A DNA stretch of 64,000 bases, taken from assembly GCF_006345805.1 (NCBI RefSeq), contig NC_042999.1, positions 25,420,001 through 25,484,000 on the forward strand, in the 5' to 3' direction. The DNA is from Octopus sinensis. Lineage: Eukaryota. Made by a program: the position numbers and the translations under genes. Every line of letters starts with the position of its first letter. The stretch's first letter is position 1. The notes beneath the pieces were generated by a model that saw only the letters and a list, made by a program, of their open reading frames with translations, ran no database searches and had not been told where the DNA came from. Below are positions 37,575-50,752 of this stretch, one piece after another.

Positions 37575-38070
37575 GACTAGGAGTTCGTCAAGGGTGTCCC
37601 CTGTTACCGCTTCTGTACGTGTTGGCTCTTGCGCCATTACTGCGGAAGTTAGAGAATTTGGGGTGCACCCCCAATGAAATCGGATGCGGTAAGTCTGTCT
37701 CTGCTTATGCATCATCTTGTCCAATGAAGCTCAGCCACCTTGTGTAGAGGACACTATCTAAGGGTACGAGGTGGTGGTAGGGGCAAAAGTTAACAAGGAC
37801 AACTCCATCGGCTTGCGCCTCGGCACCTACAGGAGCAAGCCGATATCGTCCAGTGCTGTGGGTCACTGGACAGATGGTCCCGTTAAGTTGCTTGGAGTTT
37901 GATTTGGACTGGACTCCCAGACGGAGAAGAATTGGAGGAGACCCTAGACAGGGAGGAGACCCTAGACCGGACATGGTCCGGACGGGCTCAGTTCCTGAAA
38001 GGAAGGGTGGAGGTGGTACAGGTATTTATTGCATCTGTAATCACCAACCACATCTGTAATCACCTACCGC
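37575..38070 (+). mobile_element. Tx1/L1-clade LINE reverse transcriptase fragment
   Basis: GVRQGCPLLPLLYVLALAPLLRKLE, SVSAYA (DD lost), YEVVVGAKVNKDNSIGLRLG, WTDGPVKLLGV*FG. Confidence 0.85.
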
Positions 38071-38333
38071 ATTTGTATTTGTGTACATTTCTCTGTTTTT
38101 TTTTTCGTCCTTGTTTTCGTATGCGCTTAGCTTAGTTTTTCCTAGGGTTGGCCAGATTGGAGCAATCTCGAGTATAACCAGCCGAAATTGCCAAAATAAT
38201 CTGAACTCGACTGAGGATACAGAACTCAGAATGACTCGTCCTTGTTTTCTTTGTAACGTCTGTCAAGATGTCTTGTTCCCTTTTTTGTATCACCTATCTG
38301 TCTGGATGTTTTGCGTTCTTGTCCCATTTTTGT

Positions 38334-38446
<113 letters not shown>

Positions 38447-38957
38447 ATTTATATGTATGTATTACTATCTTACAATAACTTGGTTAAAATGAAGGATTCT
38501 GTTATAAGGAGTTTCTTGTTCAAGTCAAAATTTCTCTCACTATAATATTGAATGTTGAAATTATAAAAGATCACAAACTATGATGTGTTCCTGTGCTTGC
38601 GTGCATAAACTAAGCAAATATTTCTCGAAAGAGATAGATAGAAGAAGCAATGATGCCCTTTTTCTGAATTGCACGTAATGATTAGATGTTTAATTTGTGC
38701 TAATTGCTACTGAAAATATTTAATTTCCAACGGTATGAATCGTAACGAATATTAATTTACCATGTCAATAAATTTTGGCCTACATACTGACAAAATATGT
38801 ATAAACCGGTGTATGCCTGAGAAATGAATGGTTGTCTGTGTGTGTGTCTCTGTGTGTGTATGTGTGTGTACATGTTTATACATACACTTTATACATACGC
38901 ATAAGAATACACGCACTCACATATACACCCATCCACACATGTATATGCATATATATA

Positions 38958-38991
<34 letters not shown>

Positions 38992-38995
<4 letters not shown>

Positions 38996-39719
38996 CTTTT
39001 TTAAAATGATGTGTTTTGAAGTTTTGCATTCGGTAAAATTTTGTTTATATTTAGTAGTTTTGACCGCATTGGTCCCTCTTAGCGTGTTGGTATCTACGAA
39101 TAGTAGTACACTCAATATAATATAAATGAATATTTTCAAAGAGAAGAATTTACGGATTTTTTCTCTTACGAGGTTTTTCACGCTGACTACTGATAATTTC
39201 TTTTAAAGATTTTATCCTCAATTGTTAATTTATATTTTCCACCGGAATAGTCAATACTGAATTTTTTATTCCGAATAGACAATTTGTAACCGAAATGCAT
39301 TGCGAATGAGCCCGCCATTTTCATAGATATGTAAAGATAAACATTCGGACAGCTACGACGAATTCTACGGTTGGCTATCGAGCTTGTAATGTTATGTTTT
39401 CTCTTATATTTCTTGAGTTTGTGCATGATGAACATAGAAATGCATATTTGCATTTAAATGCGAAATCACATGTGATATGTAACTGAATTCTTTTTAAAAT
39501 GATGTGTTTTGAAGTTTGCTTCGGTAAAATTTTGTTTATTTTTAGTAGTTTTGACCGCATTGGTCCGTTTTAGCGTGTTGGTATCTACGAATAGTAGTAC
39601 ACTCAATATAATATAAATGAATATTTTCAAAGAGGAAGAATTTACGGATTTTTCTCTTACGAGGTTTTTCACGCTGACTACTGATAATTCTTTTAAAGAT
39701 TTTATCCTCAATTGTTAAT
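38992..39719. mobile_element. A-B-A cassette (about 235-bp terminal direct repeats, 494-nt period) inserted in (TA)n
   Basis: 38992-39229 is repeated at 39486-39719; (TA)n on both sides; A resembles 61757-61895 in reverse orientation. Confidence 0.75.
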
Positions 39720-39906
39720 ATATATATAATATATAATATATATATATATATTATATATATATGTATAAGTATGTGAATATATAAGTACGTATGTATTGTA
39801 TGTATACACACACATATACGCACATACGTACTCGCAAACGTACAATATACATACACAAAGACAGATTAAAAACACATAGACAAACATACACACGCACGCA
39901 TACGTA

Positions 39907-39963
<57 letters not shown>

Positions 39964-40075
39964 GCATAACATGTGGTTGGGTGGGTGTATATGTGAGTGC
40001 GTGTATTTTTATGGTATGTATAAGTGTGTATGTATAAACATGTATAAACATGTATAAGTGTGTATGTATAAAATG

Positions 40076-40122
<47 letters not shown>

Positions 40123-40139
40123 GATAATATACATATGTA

Positions 40140-40340
40140 ACCTCGTGAGTACCGCTGCCGATTTTTTTCCCTCTGTCTTCCCTTCTCGGGATCTTCATTT
40201 CTCCTATGTTTCCGACGAAGAGCTCCGCTCGAAACGTTAAACCCCGCTTCTCCCTTCTTCCTGAGCGTCCAATAATACTTTATTTGTCCACGTCCTCGCG
40301 TGCTGCTGTGTTTTTTTTGTGTTTTCTTGTTTGGATTAAC
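40140..40340 (+). mobile_element. Penelope-like end with hammerhead motif carrying U4C (40208-40242)
   Basis: GTTT CCGACGA A GAGC-TCC-GCTC GAAA CG TT AAAC; homologous to 22445-22640. Confidence 0.65.
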
Positions 40341-40387
<47 letters not shown>

Positions 40388-40483
40388 ATATGTATGTACC
40401 TATATGTATATATGTATATATTTATTATATATATATAATATATATATATATATTATATATATATATATCTATATATATATTAT

Positions 40484-40677
40484 CTTTTACTCTTTTACTT
40501 GTTTCAGTCATTTGACTGCGGCCATGCTGGACCACCGCCTTTAGTCGAGCAAATCGACCCGGTACTTATTCTTTGTAAGCCCAGTACTTATTCTATCGGT
40601 CTCTTTTGCCGAACCGCTAAGTGATGGGGACGTAAACACACCAGCATCGGTTGTCAAGCAATGCTAGGGGGACAAAC

Positions 40678-40709
<32 letters not shown>

Positions 40710-40906
40710 AACACACATATATACATATATATACATATACACGACAGGCTTCTTTCAGTTTCCGTCTACCAAATCCACTCACAAGGCATTGGTCGGCCCG
40801 GGGCTATAGCAGAAGACACTTGCCCAAGATGCCACGCAGTGGGACTGAACCCAGAATCATGTGGTTGGTTAGCAAGCTACTTACCACACAGCCACTCCTG
40901 CGCCTA
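40484..40906 (-). mobile_element. SINE family B, full length
   Basis: Closely similar to 29505-29949. Confidence 0.9.
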
Positions 40907-41231
40907 TATATATATATATTTATGAAATTACACACTTTCAAGACCTATATTCTTAACCTAAACTGCCATTGTAGTTGGTTATTCTCCCATTTCATTGTTA
41001 GTCTCGATAGACTCTTTCCTATATCCCTGCCGTATTCTTGGGAGTATTCTTTTGTTTTGATTATGGTATTTTTTAATGGAATAATCTTCTCATTCTTCGA
41101 ATAGAAAGTCACATCAGAAACACCTATCCATCGAATGCTGTTATTTATTTGATTATGTATACTTACAAATGTCACATAACCCCCAAAAACTAATCCCCAC
41201 TATCTAAGCGTTAATTAAGCCCAATTTAGTT

Positions 41232-41617
41232 GGAGGCGCAATGGCCCAGTGGTTAGGGCAGCGGACTCGCGGTCATAGGATCGCGGTTTCGATTCCCAGA
41301 CCGGGCGTTGTGAGTGTTTATTGAGCGAAAATACCTAAAGCTCCACGCGGCTCCGGCAGGGGATGGTGGTGATCCCTGCTGTACTCTTTCACCACAACTT
41401 ACTTCTGTTACTCTTACTTCCTGTTTCTGTTGTACCTGTATTTCAAAGGGCCGGTCTTGTCACTCTCTGTGTCACGCTGAATATCCCCGAGAACTACGTT
41501 AAGGGTACACGTGTCTGTGGAGTTCTCAGCCACTTACACGTTAATTTCACGAGCAGGCTGTTCCGTTGATTCGGATCAACCGGAACCCTCGTCGTCGTAA
41601 CCGATGGAGTGCTTCCA
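41232..41617 (+). mobile_element. SINE family C with tail type 3, flanked by a roughly 90-bp direct duplication
   Basis: Head as at 13118; tail as at 48027-48432; 41145-41231 is repeated at 41618-41708. Confidence 0.9.
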
Positions 41618-41790
41618 TTATTTGATCATATATACATACTTACAAATGTCACATAACCTCCAAAAACTAATCCCTACTATCTAAGCGTTAATTAAGCCCA
41701 ATTTAATTACCTACGAAAAAAAGCATACAATACCAATGTAAGCGATCCCCACAAACTATGAATTCACTTTCCACTTTACAAGAATGAAGA

Positions 41791-41890
41791 NNNNNNNNNN
41801 NNNNNNNNNNNNNNNNNNNNNNNNNNNNNNNNNNNNNNNNNNNNNNNNNNNNNNNNNNNNNNNNNNNNNNNNNNNNNNNNNNNNNNNNNN
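41791..41890. other. Assembly gap (100 N)
   Basis: Run of N. Confidence 1.
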
Positions 41891-42310
41891 ACCTATAGAC
41901 AATCACAAGAGATCCCTGGCCTGGCAGTGCTATCGAGAAGCATTGCCCGTTCGGGATAAGCTCTACAGGCACGGTTCGAGACACACCGGACCGACTTGCC
42001 CGAGATGCAGTCAGAGCGACGAAACCGTTCTGCATGCGTACGTGCACTATCCAAACGTTTCGGACCTGTGGGATTATGCTGAACGGCTACTGTCACGTGT
42101 GGGACAAGTTCGCTTGGCGGCCGTGTCTATTGTGAAAATTGCTCCGTCACCTTCCCTTAATCGGGAAGGCAAAGCAGTGTTCATCGTACTGGTGGCCATG
42201 GTGAAAGAATGTGTGTGGTGCGAAAGTGGTGGTCTTTCCTTTCTGGACAATCGCTCATCAACATTTTCAAGTACCACTTGAAACGGAAGGTGAGAATAGA
42301 GAGTCAAGTT
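41891..42310 (+). mobile_element. Tx1/L1-clade LINE C-terminal zf-RVT-like region
   Basis: SLAWQCYREALPVRDKLYRHG..GPTCPRCSQSDETVLHAYVHYP..LWDY. Confidence 0.85.
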
Positions 42311-42316
42311 TTTAAT

Positions 42317-42347
42317 GAGGCATAGGTTCTCGCATAATATAAACCTA

Positions 42348-42382
<35 letters not shown>

Positions 42383-43000
42383 GTATAAATTCACGTATTT
42401 ATGCTTGTGAGCTTTTGTGTTTATATTATTTTTATATGCTGACTTTTACACACCCCTCTCCCCTCACATACATACACACATATATGTATCTATATATATG
42501 TACGTGTCTACACACACACACCACACACACACACACACACACGTATATAAATATACATATGTGTGTGTATGTGTGTGTAGATACATAAATATATATTTAT
42601 ATATAGCAAAGATGGTACGCGCGAATGACGAAACAACTTTGAGCATGATCCTGTAAATCGATAAAAGAGTGAGAGAGAGAGAGAGAGAGCATTTTGTTCT
42701 TATGTGTTTTTTCCCTCCCTACCTGAGGCTACCGTGGTCTTTTCTGTAGGCTTTTCTTTTCACAGATAAACCTAATCTGTTCTTTTTTTTATTACATTTA
42801 TGATATTTTCTGTGATACACGATCCATTTTGATCGCATTTTTTGGAAAAACACGATCCCTTTTGATCGCATTTTTTAAAAACACGATCCTTTTGATCGGA
42901 AATTTATATCCACTTCCTATTTTGTCTATTTTCAAAAAGAAAAGCTCTGCATTATATTTTGTCTACTCTATGTTCTGCCCTGTGTGGCCAATAAAGAAAC

Positions 43001-43081
<81 letters not shown>

Positions 43082-43205
43082 CATCTATATATCTATCTAT
43101 CTATTTATATATCTCTCTCTCTCTATCTTTCTGTCTGTCTGTCTGTCTGTCTGTCTGCCTGTCTGCCTGCCTACCTACCTTTCTTTCTGTCTGTATGTAC
43201 GTCAG

Positions 43206-43258
<53 letters not shown>

Positions 43259-43260
43259 CT

Positions 43261-43345
<85 letters not shown>

Positions 43346-43551
43346 CATCTACCTATCTATTTAATATAAGTCCGTTTTCCATCTATTTAGTATATATGTA
43401 TTTTTTATAACACGACATTTGCATAAATGTATACGTATGCAAATTGGCAGATTTGTGTGCAATTATTCTTGAACGCATTCATGTATTTTATAAACAAACA
43501 TAGATAACGAGGCATAGGTTCTCGCATAATATAAACCTAGACGTGTGTGTG

Positions 43552-43589
<38 letters not shown>

Positions 43590-43783
43590 GTATAAATTCA
43601 CGTATTTATGCTTGTGAGCTTTTGTGTTTATATTATTTTTATATGCTAACTTTTACACACCCCTCTCCACTCACAAACACACACACACATATATGTATCT
43701 ATATATATGTACGTGTCCTACACACACACACGTATATAAATATTCATATGTGTGTATGTGTGTGTAGATACATAAATATATAT
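42317..43783. repeat. About 280-bp direct duplication (42317-42596 / 43509-43783)
   Basis: GAGGCATAGGTTCTCGCATAATATAAACCTAGACG.. and the following sequence occur twice. Confidence 0.85.
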
Positions 43784-44230
43784 TATAATATATATATATA
43801 ATATATATATTATATTTAATATATATATATTGTAAGAATATATAATATATATATATATATAATTATATATACATATTATATATATACATATATATATATA
43901 TATATCTACATATATATACATACATACATTGCTATTCATACATATATACAATAACATTTATACATATATGTATATATATATATGTATATATACATACATA
44001 CATATATATATATCTATAATATACATATTCATATATATGCATATATATATGATATATAACATACATACATATATATATATATATATACATATTCATTATA
44101 TACATGCATATTATATATATATAATATATATATACATACATATTATATATAGCATATATATATTACATATATATATATATTTATATAGATATCTATATAT
44201 ATACATATATATATATATACATATTTATAC

Positions 44231-44267
<37 letters not shown>

Positions 44268-44879
44268 ATATTAATCATAGTATGAATACGCAAACACACA
44301 CACACACACGTTCACTCACACATATATATACGCATACGCGCACGTAATTACAGACAGGTACATATATTTATGAAAGAACACACAGACAACGTGGCATTTG
44401 TTTCCTTCCGTATTAAGACGCAATTCAAAACATCCTTTTACCCTCTCCTTGCCTGACATTCTTAAGTGAATAATTTAATCAACTTAATTACCATTTATGC
44501 AGATATATTTCCATGATTGCTAGCGTAAATACACGCGTATAAGTTGTACCTGCGAAGATACAACTAATTATATTAGGGGGAGAAACGCAAAGAAGTTCAG
44601 TAGTCACGTATGCAGAGGTAGAAGCGTGTAGATACACATGTGTATGTATGTATGTATGTATGTATGTATGTATGTATGTATGTATGTATGTATGTATGTA
44701 TGTATGTATGTGTGTGTGTATGTATGTACGTATGTAGACACACACTCACACACACACACATACACAGACACTTATATATATGCACACACACATAGATATG
44801 TACACACACTGATATGTATGTATATACGTAAAAGTACACTCTGTTGAATAAGAACTACTAATAATGTCTTGGCAGAATT

Positions 44880-45058
44880 ATATACATACATATATACATA
44901 ATACATACATACATACATACATAATACAAACATACATACATACATACATACATACATACATACATACATACACACACACATACATACACACACACATACA
45001 TACATACATACATACATACATACATACATACATACACATACATACATATACACACACA

Positions 45059-45092
<34 letters not shown>

Positions 45093-45220
45093 CATACATA
45101 CATGGATACATACATACATACATACATACATACATACAAACATACATACATATATACATACATACATATATACATACATACATACATATACACACATACA
45201 TACATACATACATACATACA

Positions 45221-45252
<32 letters not shown>

Positions 45253-45272
45253 CACACACATACATACATACA

Positions 45273-45306
<34 letters not shown>

Positions 45307-45370
45307 CATACATACATACATACATATACACACATACATACATACATACATACATACATACATACATACA

Positions 45371-45404
<34 letters not shown>

Positions 45405-45455
45405 CATACATACATACATACATACATACATACATACAAACATACATACATACCA
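44880..45455. repeat. (TACA)n microsatellite, about 575 bp
   Basis: Directly visible; source of the YIHT and MYVC ORFs. Confidence 0.97.
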
Positions 45456-45474
45456 GTAGAAATACGTATGTATG

Positions 45475-45762
45475 TATTCTTTATTCTTTTACACGTTCCA
45501 TTCATTTGATTGCGGCGATGGTGGAACACTGCGTCAAAGGGTTTTGGTCGAAGAAATCAAACCCAGGATCTATTCATTGCGAACCTAGTACTTATACCAT
45601 CGGTCTCTTTTGCCGAAGCGCTAGGATACGAGGACGTAAACACCAAAATTGGTTGTCAAGTGATGGAGCGGGGACAAATACAGACACAAAGTCATACACG
45701 CACACACACAAACACACATACACATACAAGCCCATACATACATACATACATACATACATACA

Positions 45763-45808
<46 letters not shown>

Positions 45809-45870
45809 CATACGACAGGCTTCTTTCAGTTTCCATCTACCAAATCCACTCATAAGGCTTTAGTTTCTCT
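45475..45870 (-). mobile_element. SINE family B, 5' part missing
   Basis: Tail and body match family B. Confidence 0.8.
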
Positions 45871-45963
45871 CTGTCACTCTCTCCCCATCTTTTAACTTGT
45901 ATACACACATATATACATACTAACACAGTTTCTGTCTGTCTGTCTGTCTGTCTCTCCCTGTCG

Positions 45964-45996
<33 letters not shown>

Positions 45997-46001
45997 GTAT
46001 A

Positions 46002-46057
<56 letters not shown>

Positions 46058-46060
<3 letters not shown>

Positions 46061-46238
46061 CGTAGGCGTGGCTAAGTGGTAAGAAGCTTGCTTCCCAACC
46101 ACATGATTCTGGGTCTATCCCACCGCAAGACACCTTGGGCAATTGTCTTCTACTGTAGCCTCGGGCCGACTAAAGCCTTATGAGTTGATCTGATAGACGG
46201 AAACTGTGTGTGTATATATATTATATATTATATATATG

Positions 46239-46284
<46 letters not shown>

Positions 46285-46497
46285 TGTGTGTGAGTGTGTG
46301 TTCGCTCCTCCCCACTACCGGTGGTGGTGTGTTTAAGTTTATGTAACATAGCGGTTCGGCAAAAGCAACCGATAGAATAAGTACTAGGCTTACAAAGAAA
46401 AAGTACCGTGGTCGATTTCGTCGTCTAGAACCCTTTAAACACTGCGTCGTCATGGCGACAGTCAAATGATTGAAAAGTGTAAAAGAATAAAAGAATG
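46058..46497 (+). mobile_element. SINE family B
   Basis: AGGCGTAGGCGTGGCTAAGTGGTAAG..ACACCTTGGGCAA. Confidence 0.85.
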
Positions 46498-47731
46498 AGA
46501 AAATATATGCTATGAAGTTGTTGTTGATAGTTTAAAAACAAACAAAAATTCTACATACCGCTTAATGGTATTTGCGTTTGATGCAGTGGAATCAATCGGT
46601 TGCTGTTAGTAGTTTCTAGTATTGGAAAAATCTGTTGGAGCTTTGAGAACTTGATTTTAATTCTATTCTCATTATATATCGGATTTATATATACTTCTAA
46701 CACATGCACGCACACCCACACCCACACATATGCACTTATAAGGGACTGAGTGTGTTCCTTTGCGAATGTATTAGTTTTCGTTTCTTTAATCTGTATATAT
46801 CAAAAGATAAATATGTAAATGTCAAACTGGAGATATTTGAGAGTATTAAATTGTAATGTCAGTGCTCCTTCATGTTGAAGTTTACGACCGAGTGTTGACA
46901 GTTTTGGGAGGAACGCAATTTGCCCTCGTCTTTATTACCAGTCTGATAGAAGGTCGCACTTGAGAGACAACGTAGCTGGACATATTCGAAATACAATTAT
47001 CTTTGATTTGAATCATGTCTGATGATGGTCAAATGTGTTGGAGTTGAAAATATTGATAATTTTAAACTAGTAGCTATACAAATTCGTCACAAATTCTTAT
47101 CAGTGGAAGTCAGGCCAGGTTTTCTTGCCTTGCATGTGTAGAATTTCATCTCAGTAAGTTTTATGTCGGTGACACTATTGCTTGAATCGCAGCTCATGAG
47201 TGAAACACCTTGATTCTTGGTTCAAATTTTAGGCATTGTCCCTGATCAATTTCTTTCGTATTAAAAGCCATTGAACTGATCAATCTCTATCTAATGGATC
47301 ACGATTCAGAATTAGGTGTACACGAATTGAAATTGCTTCCATATTTCATCCCTTGCAATACATTCCTACACACGCACACAGACACATATATACTGACACA
47401 CACAGAGACAAACACACATATGTATGTATATATGTACGTATATATATATATATATATATATATAGGGGTAAAATATGAAAAATCAACGAAAATGCATATT
47501 GCAAATAGAAAAAGGCTATTTATGACAGGTAGTGACAAATATATACATTTAGATTGACTGAGGTAGTAATACGAGTCATAAAGGTCATTATTATGAGATA
47601 ATTATAAAATGATAATAAAGTAAGAGAACAAAACGAACCAGTGGTTTACGCGAAGGCTATTCATATATATGTATATATGAATATATATGTATACACACAC
47701 ACACAACTCACACACACACACACACACACTC

Positions 47732-47790
<59 letters not shown>

Positions 47791-48026
47791 TACACAATAC
47801 ATATGCGCGCGCACACACATATCGCGTGCCCTTCCGCTATTGTTGGGATCAACAAAACGAGTACTCCATCTAGTTGAGAGATAGACATCATTTAATAAAC
47901 ACAGGATTTGAATGTTAGTTACTATAAGTTTCCTGATCTGATAGTACAATAGTCGGAGCTGTTTAAAATGGCGTGCAAGATAGGGCATACAAATATAGCA
48001 GCACACGTGTGTTCAGAATATTTTAG

Positions 48027-48432
48027 AGAAGCACTCCGTCGGTTACGGCGATGAGGGTTCCGGTTAACCCGAGTCAACGGAACAGCCTGCTCGTGAAGTT
48101 AACGTGTAAGTGGCTGAGCACTCCACAGACACGTGCACCCTTAAAGTAGTTTTCGGGGATATTCAGCGTGACACAGAGAATGACAAGGCCGGCCCCTTGA
48201 AATACAGGTACAACAGAAACAGGAAGTAAGAGTGAGAGAAAGTTGCGGTGAAAGAGTACAGTAAGAGTGAGAGAAAGTTGCGGTGAAAGAGTACACCATC
48301 CCCTGCCGGAGCCTCGTGGAGCTTTTTAGGTGTTTTCGCTCAATAAACACTCACAAAGCCCGGTCTGGGAATCGAAACCGCGATCCTATGACCGCGTGTC
48401 CGCTGCCCTAACCACTGGGCTATTGCGCCTCC
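48027..48432 (-). mobile_element. SINE family C with tail type 3
   Basis: Reverse-complement match to 41232-41617; GTTCAGAATAT on both sides (48011-48021, 48435-48445); internal tandem duplication of about 31 nt. Confidence 0.9.
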
Positions 48433-49142
48433 ACGTTCAGAATATAGCCACTCTCATACCAAACACAGTATACATTGTCAAATACATAGAAATACATATC
48501 CAGAGATACACATATTCGCGCATCCAGGGACACCATCCAGTAATTTTTAGCACCGTTTATATAAATTCATAATTTTTTTTTTCATAATTCATTCTTAGAT
48601 TAATTCGGAGTGAAAACGTAGAAGCAGAAGATAAGTTGATCTAAGTCATTTAGAAATTACGGACGACAGAGTGAGTAATAAAGGATGTGTGGATTAATCA
48701 ATAGATAGGTAATTCCAAGTAAACCAGTGAATTTCTTGTATGTATTCGATATCGAATTAGTGTTTAGTTAAAAGAAGTATAAAGTGTTTTTCGTTTTATG
48801 TTTTATTTTACAGTGTTTGCATGAAAGTGCGGTGGATTATGTCAAATCGAAAAATTAGTAGATCAACTACTTTGCACATTTTAACTGCATTTTTAACATC
48901 TAGTGTCCAAATAGTTGCAGAGTCAGTTTGGTATTGTATTATAAAGGACTGTATATCGATATCCTCTTCCCAAATTGTAGATTGTGACTACAGTTGAAGA
49001 CATTTATATCATTAATGAAAATTGATAACTTTGCCTTTCAACATTTCGGGTCAATAGAATAAGTACCAGTAGAGTACTGGAGCCGATGTAATACACTAGT
49101 CCCTCCCACTAAATTTCAGGCCTTGTGCCTATAGTAGAAAGG

Positions 49143-49178
<36 letters not shown>

Positions 49179-49440
49179 GTTATCATCATCATTATCATCA
49201 TCATTATTTTCATTCTCGGTCTGAAGAATTACTGTTAGATGTCTTATATGTTTTTTCTACATGTATACCTATGTACCTCCTATTAGTAATGAACCATAAA
49301 AGGCGGAATTTTATATAATCCCAACAACTGAACACACACACACACACACACACACATACACACACACACACACAGAAATACAGACGGGGAAAGAAAAAGA
49401 TACATACGTTTATACATACATACATACATAGATATATATA

Positions 49441-49670
49441 TTTCTTTATTGCCTACAGGAGGCTAAACATAGAGGGGACAAACAAGGACAGACAAAGCGA
49501 TTAAATCGATTACATAGACCCCAGTGCCTAACTGGTACTTATTTAATCGACCCCGACAAGATGAAAGGCAAAGTCGACCTCGGCGGAATTTGAACTCAGA
49601 ACTTAACGACAGCCAAAATACCACTATGCATTCAGGCCGGCGTACTAAGGTTTCTGCCAGCTCCCCGCCT
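49441..49670 (-). mobile_element. SINE family A, full length
   Basis: Closely similar to 11711-11940. Confidence 0.9.
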
Positions 49671-49748
49671 TAAAGGTATATACTTTGATAATTTGATAGG
49701 TTTCGGCCATTATTGGCCCAGGCCATGTCTAACTTAATAGCACCACCT

Positions 49749-49780
<32 letters not shown>

Positions 49781-49783
<3 letters not shown>

Positions 49784-50266
49784 TAATAGTTATCGCCATA
49801 CTTATATGGCAGTCTTATAAATATAAGACTAAAGCTGTCACTGATTAGCTTCAAGAGGCCACCGCCTCAAGCTAGCTATTTGACACACAACCTGCGTCCA
49901 TTATAAACCTTCGAACAGGGGAGGTCAGCCGCTTCATCCTGCCAGTCAGACAGCTGCAGACATGTTTCAGGGTATTTGCCCTTTATCAATGCAGCGTAGT
50001 CAGACCCAGCAGGTGTCGCTACTGACTGTCCCTGTTCGAAGAGTCTATTTACCTAGTTTCAGTGGAATACATCCACTTGTTTTCAATAATAGAAATATTA
50101 AAATTACTAAGTCTCTCTAAAGGAAATTACGGCAGCGTTACTGGAAATTAATAGTTATCGCCATACTTTTATTTATAAGACTGCCATATAAGTATGGGGA
50201 TAACTATTAATTTCCAGTAACGCTGCCGTAATCTCCTTTAGAGAGACTTAGTAATTTTAATATTTC

Positions 50267-50272
<6 letters not shown>
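49781..50272 (-). mobile_element. Retrozyme- or Penelope-pLTR-like cassette: 365-nt unit with 23-nt terminal redundancy plus an inverted junction-spanning copy, inserted in (TA)n
   Basis: 49781-49803 equals 50146-50168; 50086-50168 and 50190-50272 form an 83-bp inverted repeat with 2 mismatches; (TA)n on both sides; hammerhead inside. Confidence 0.75.
49953..49995 (-). ncRNA. Minimal type-I hammerhead ribozyme, U3-A8 core variant, GUC cleavage site
   Basis: GCTGCA TTGATAA AGGG-CAAATA-CCCT GAAA CATG TC TGCAGC: 6-bp helix I, 4-bp helix II, palindromic ACAUGU helix III. Confidence 0.7.
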
Positions 50273-50331
<59 letters not shown>

Positions 50332-50576
50332 CTGTCTATATCTATGTATATAGTATAAAGTCGGGTGGTATGATAGGTAATGTAGACTTGTTTAGCTACG
50401 TGACTTCCATAGGAATACTGGCGTTTTGCAATCTTCATTATGCAACATTATTGAAAGCCGAGTCCATGGGTGGAGCTTACTGTAATAGCCTCACCAGTCT
50501 CTGAATCCATATCGTATACTACACTTTTTCAAACACACACACACGCACACGCACCGACATGTACGTATGTACCTTC

Positions 50577-50628
<52 letters not shown>

Positions 50629-50694
50629 ATATTTATCTGTTGTCTATCTATCTAACTATCTATCTATCTATTTATCTCTCTGTCTCACTGTCTA

Positions 50695-50752
<58 letters not shown>

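Noticed and set aside
42818-42900. Three short tandem repeats resembling a CRISPR array
   Set aside because: No unique spacers, eukaryotic context and no cas genes; a simple minisatellite.
44772-45895. Longest ORFs in the track (223-343 aa, YIHT/MYVC repeats)
   Set aside because: (TACA)n has no stop codons in several frames; artefact.
47142-47153. 12-nt micro-exon candidate (NFIS) with GTAAGT donor
   Set aside because: Too short to distinguish from chance in AT-rich DNA.
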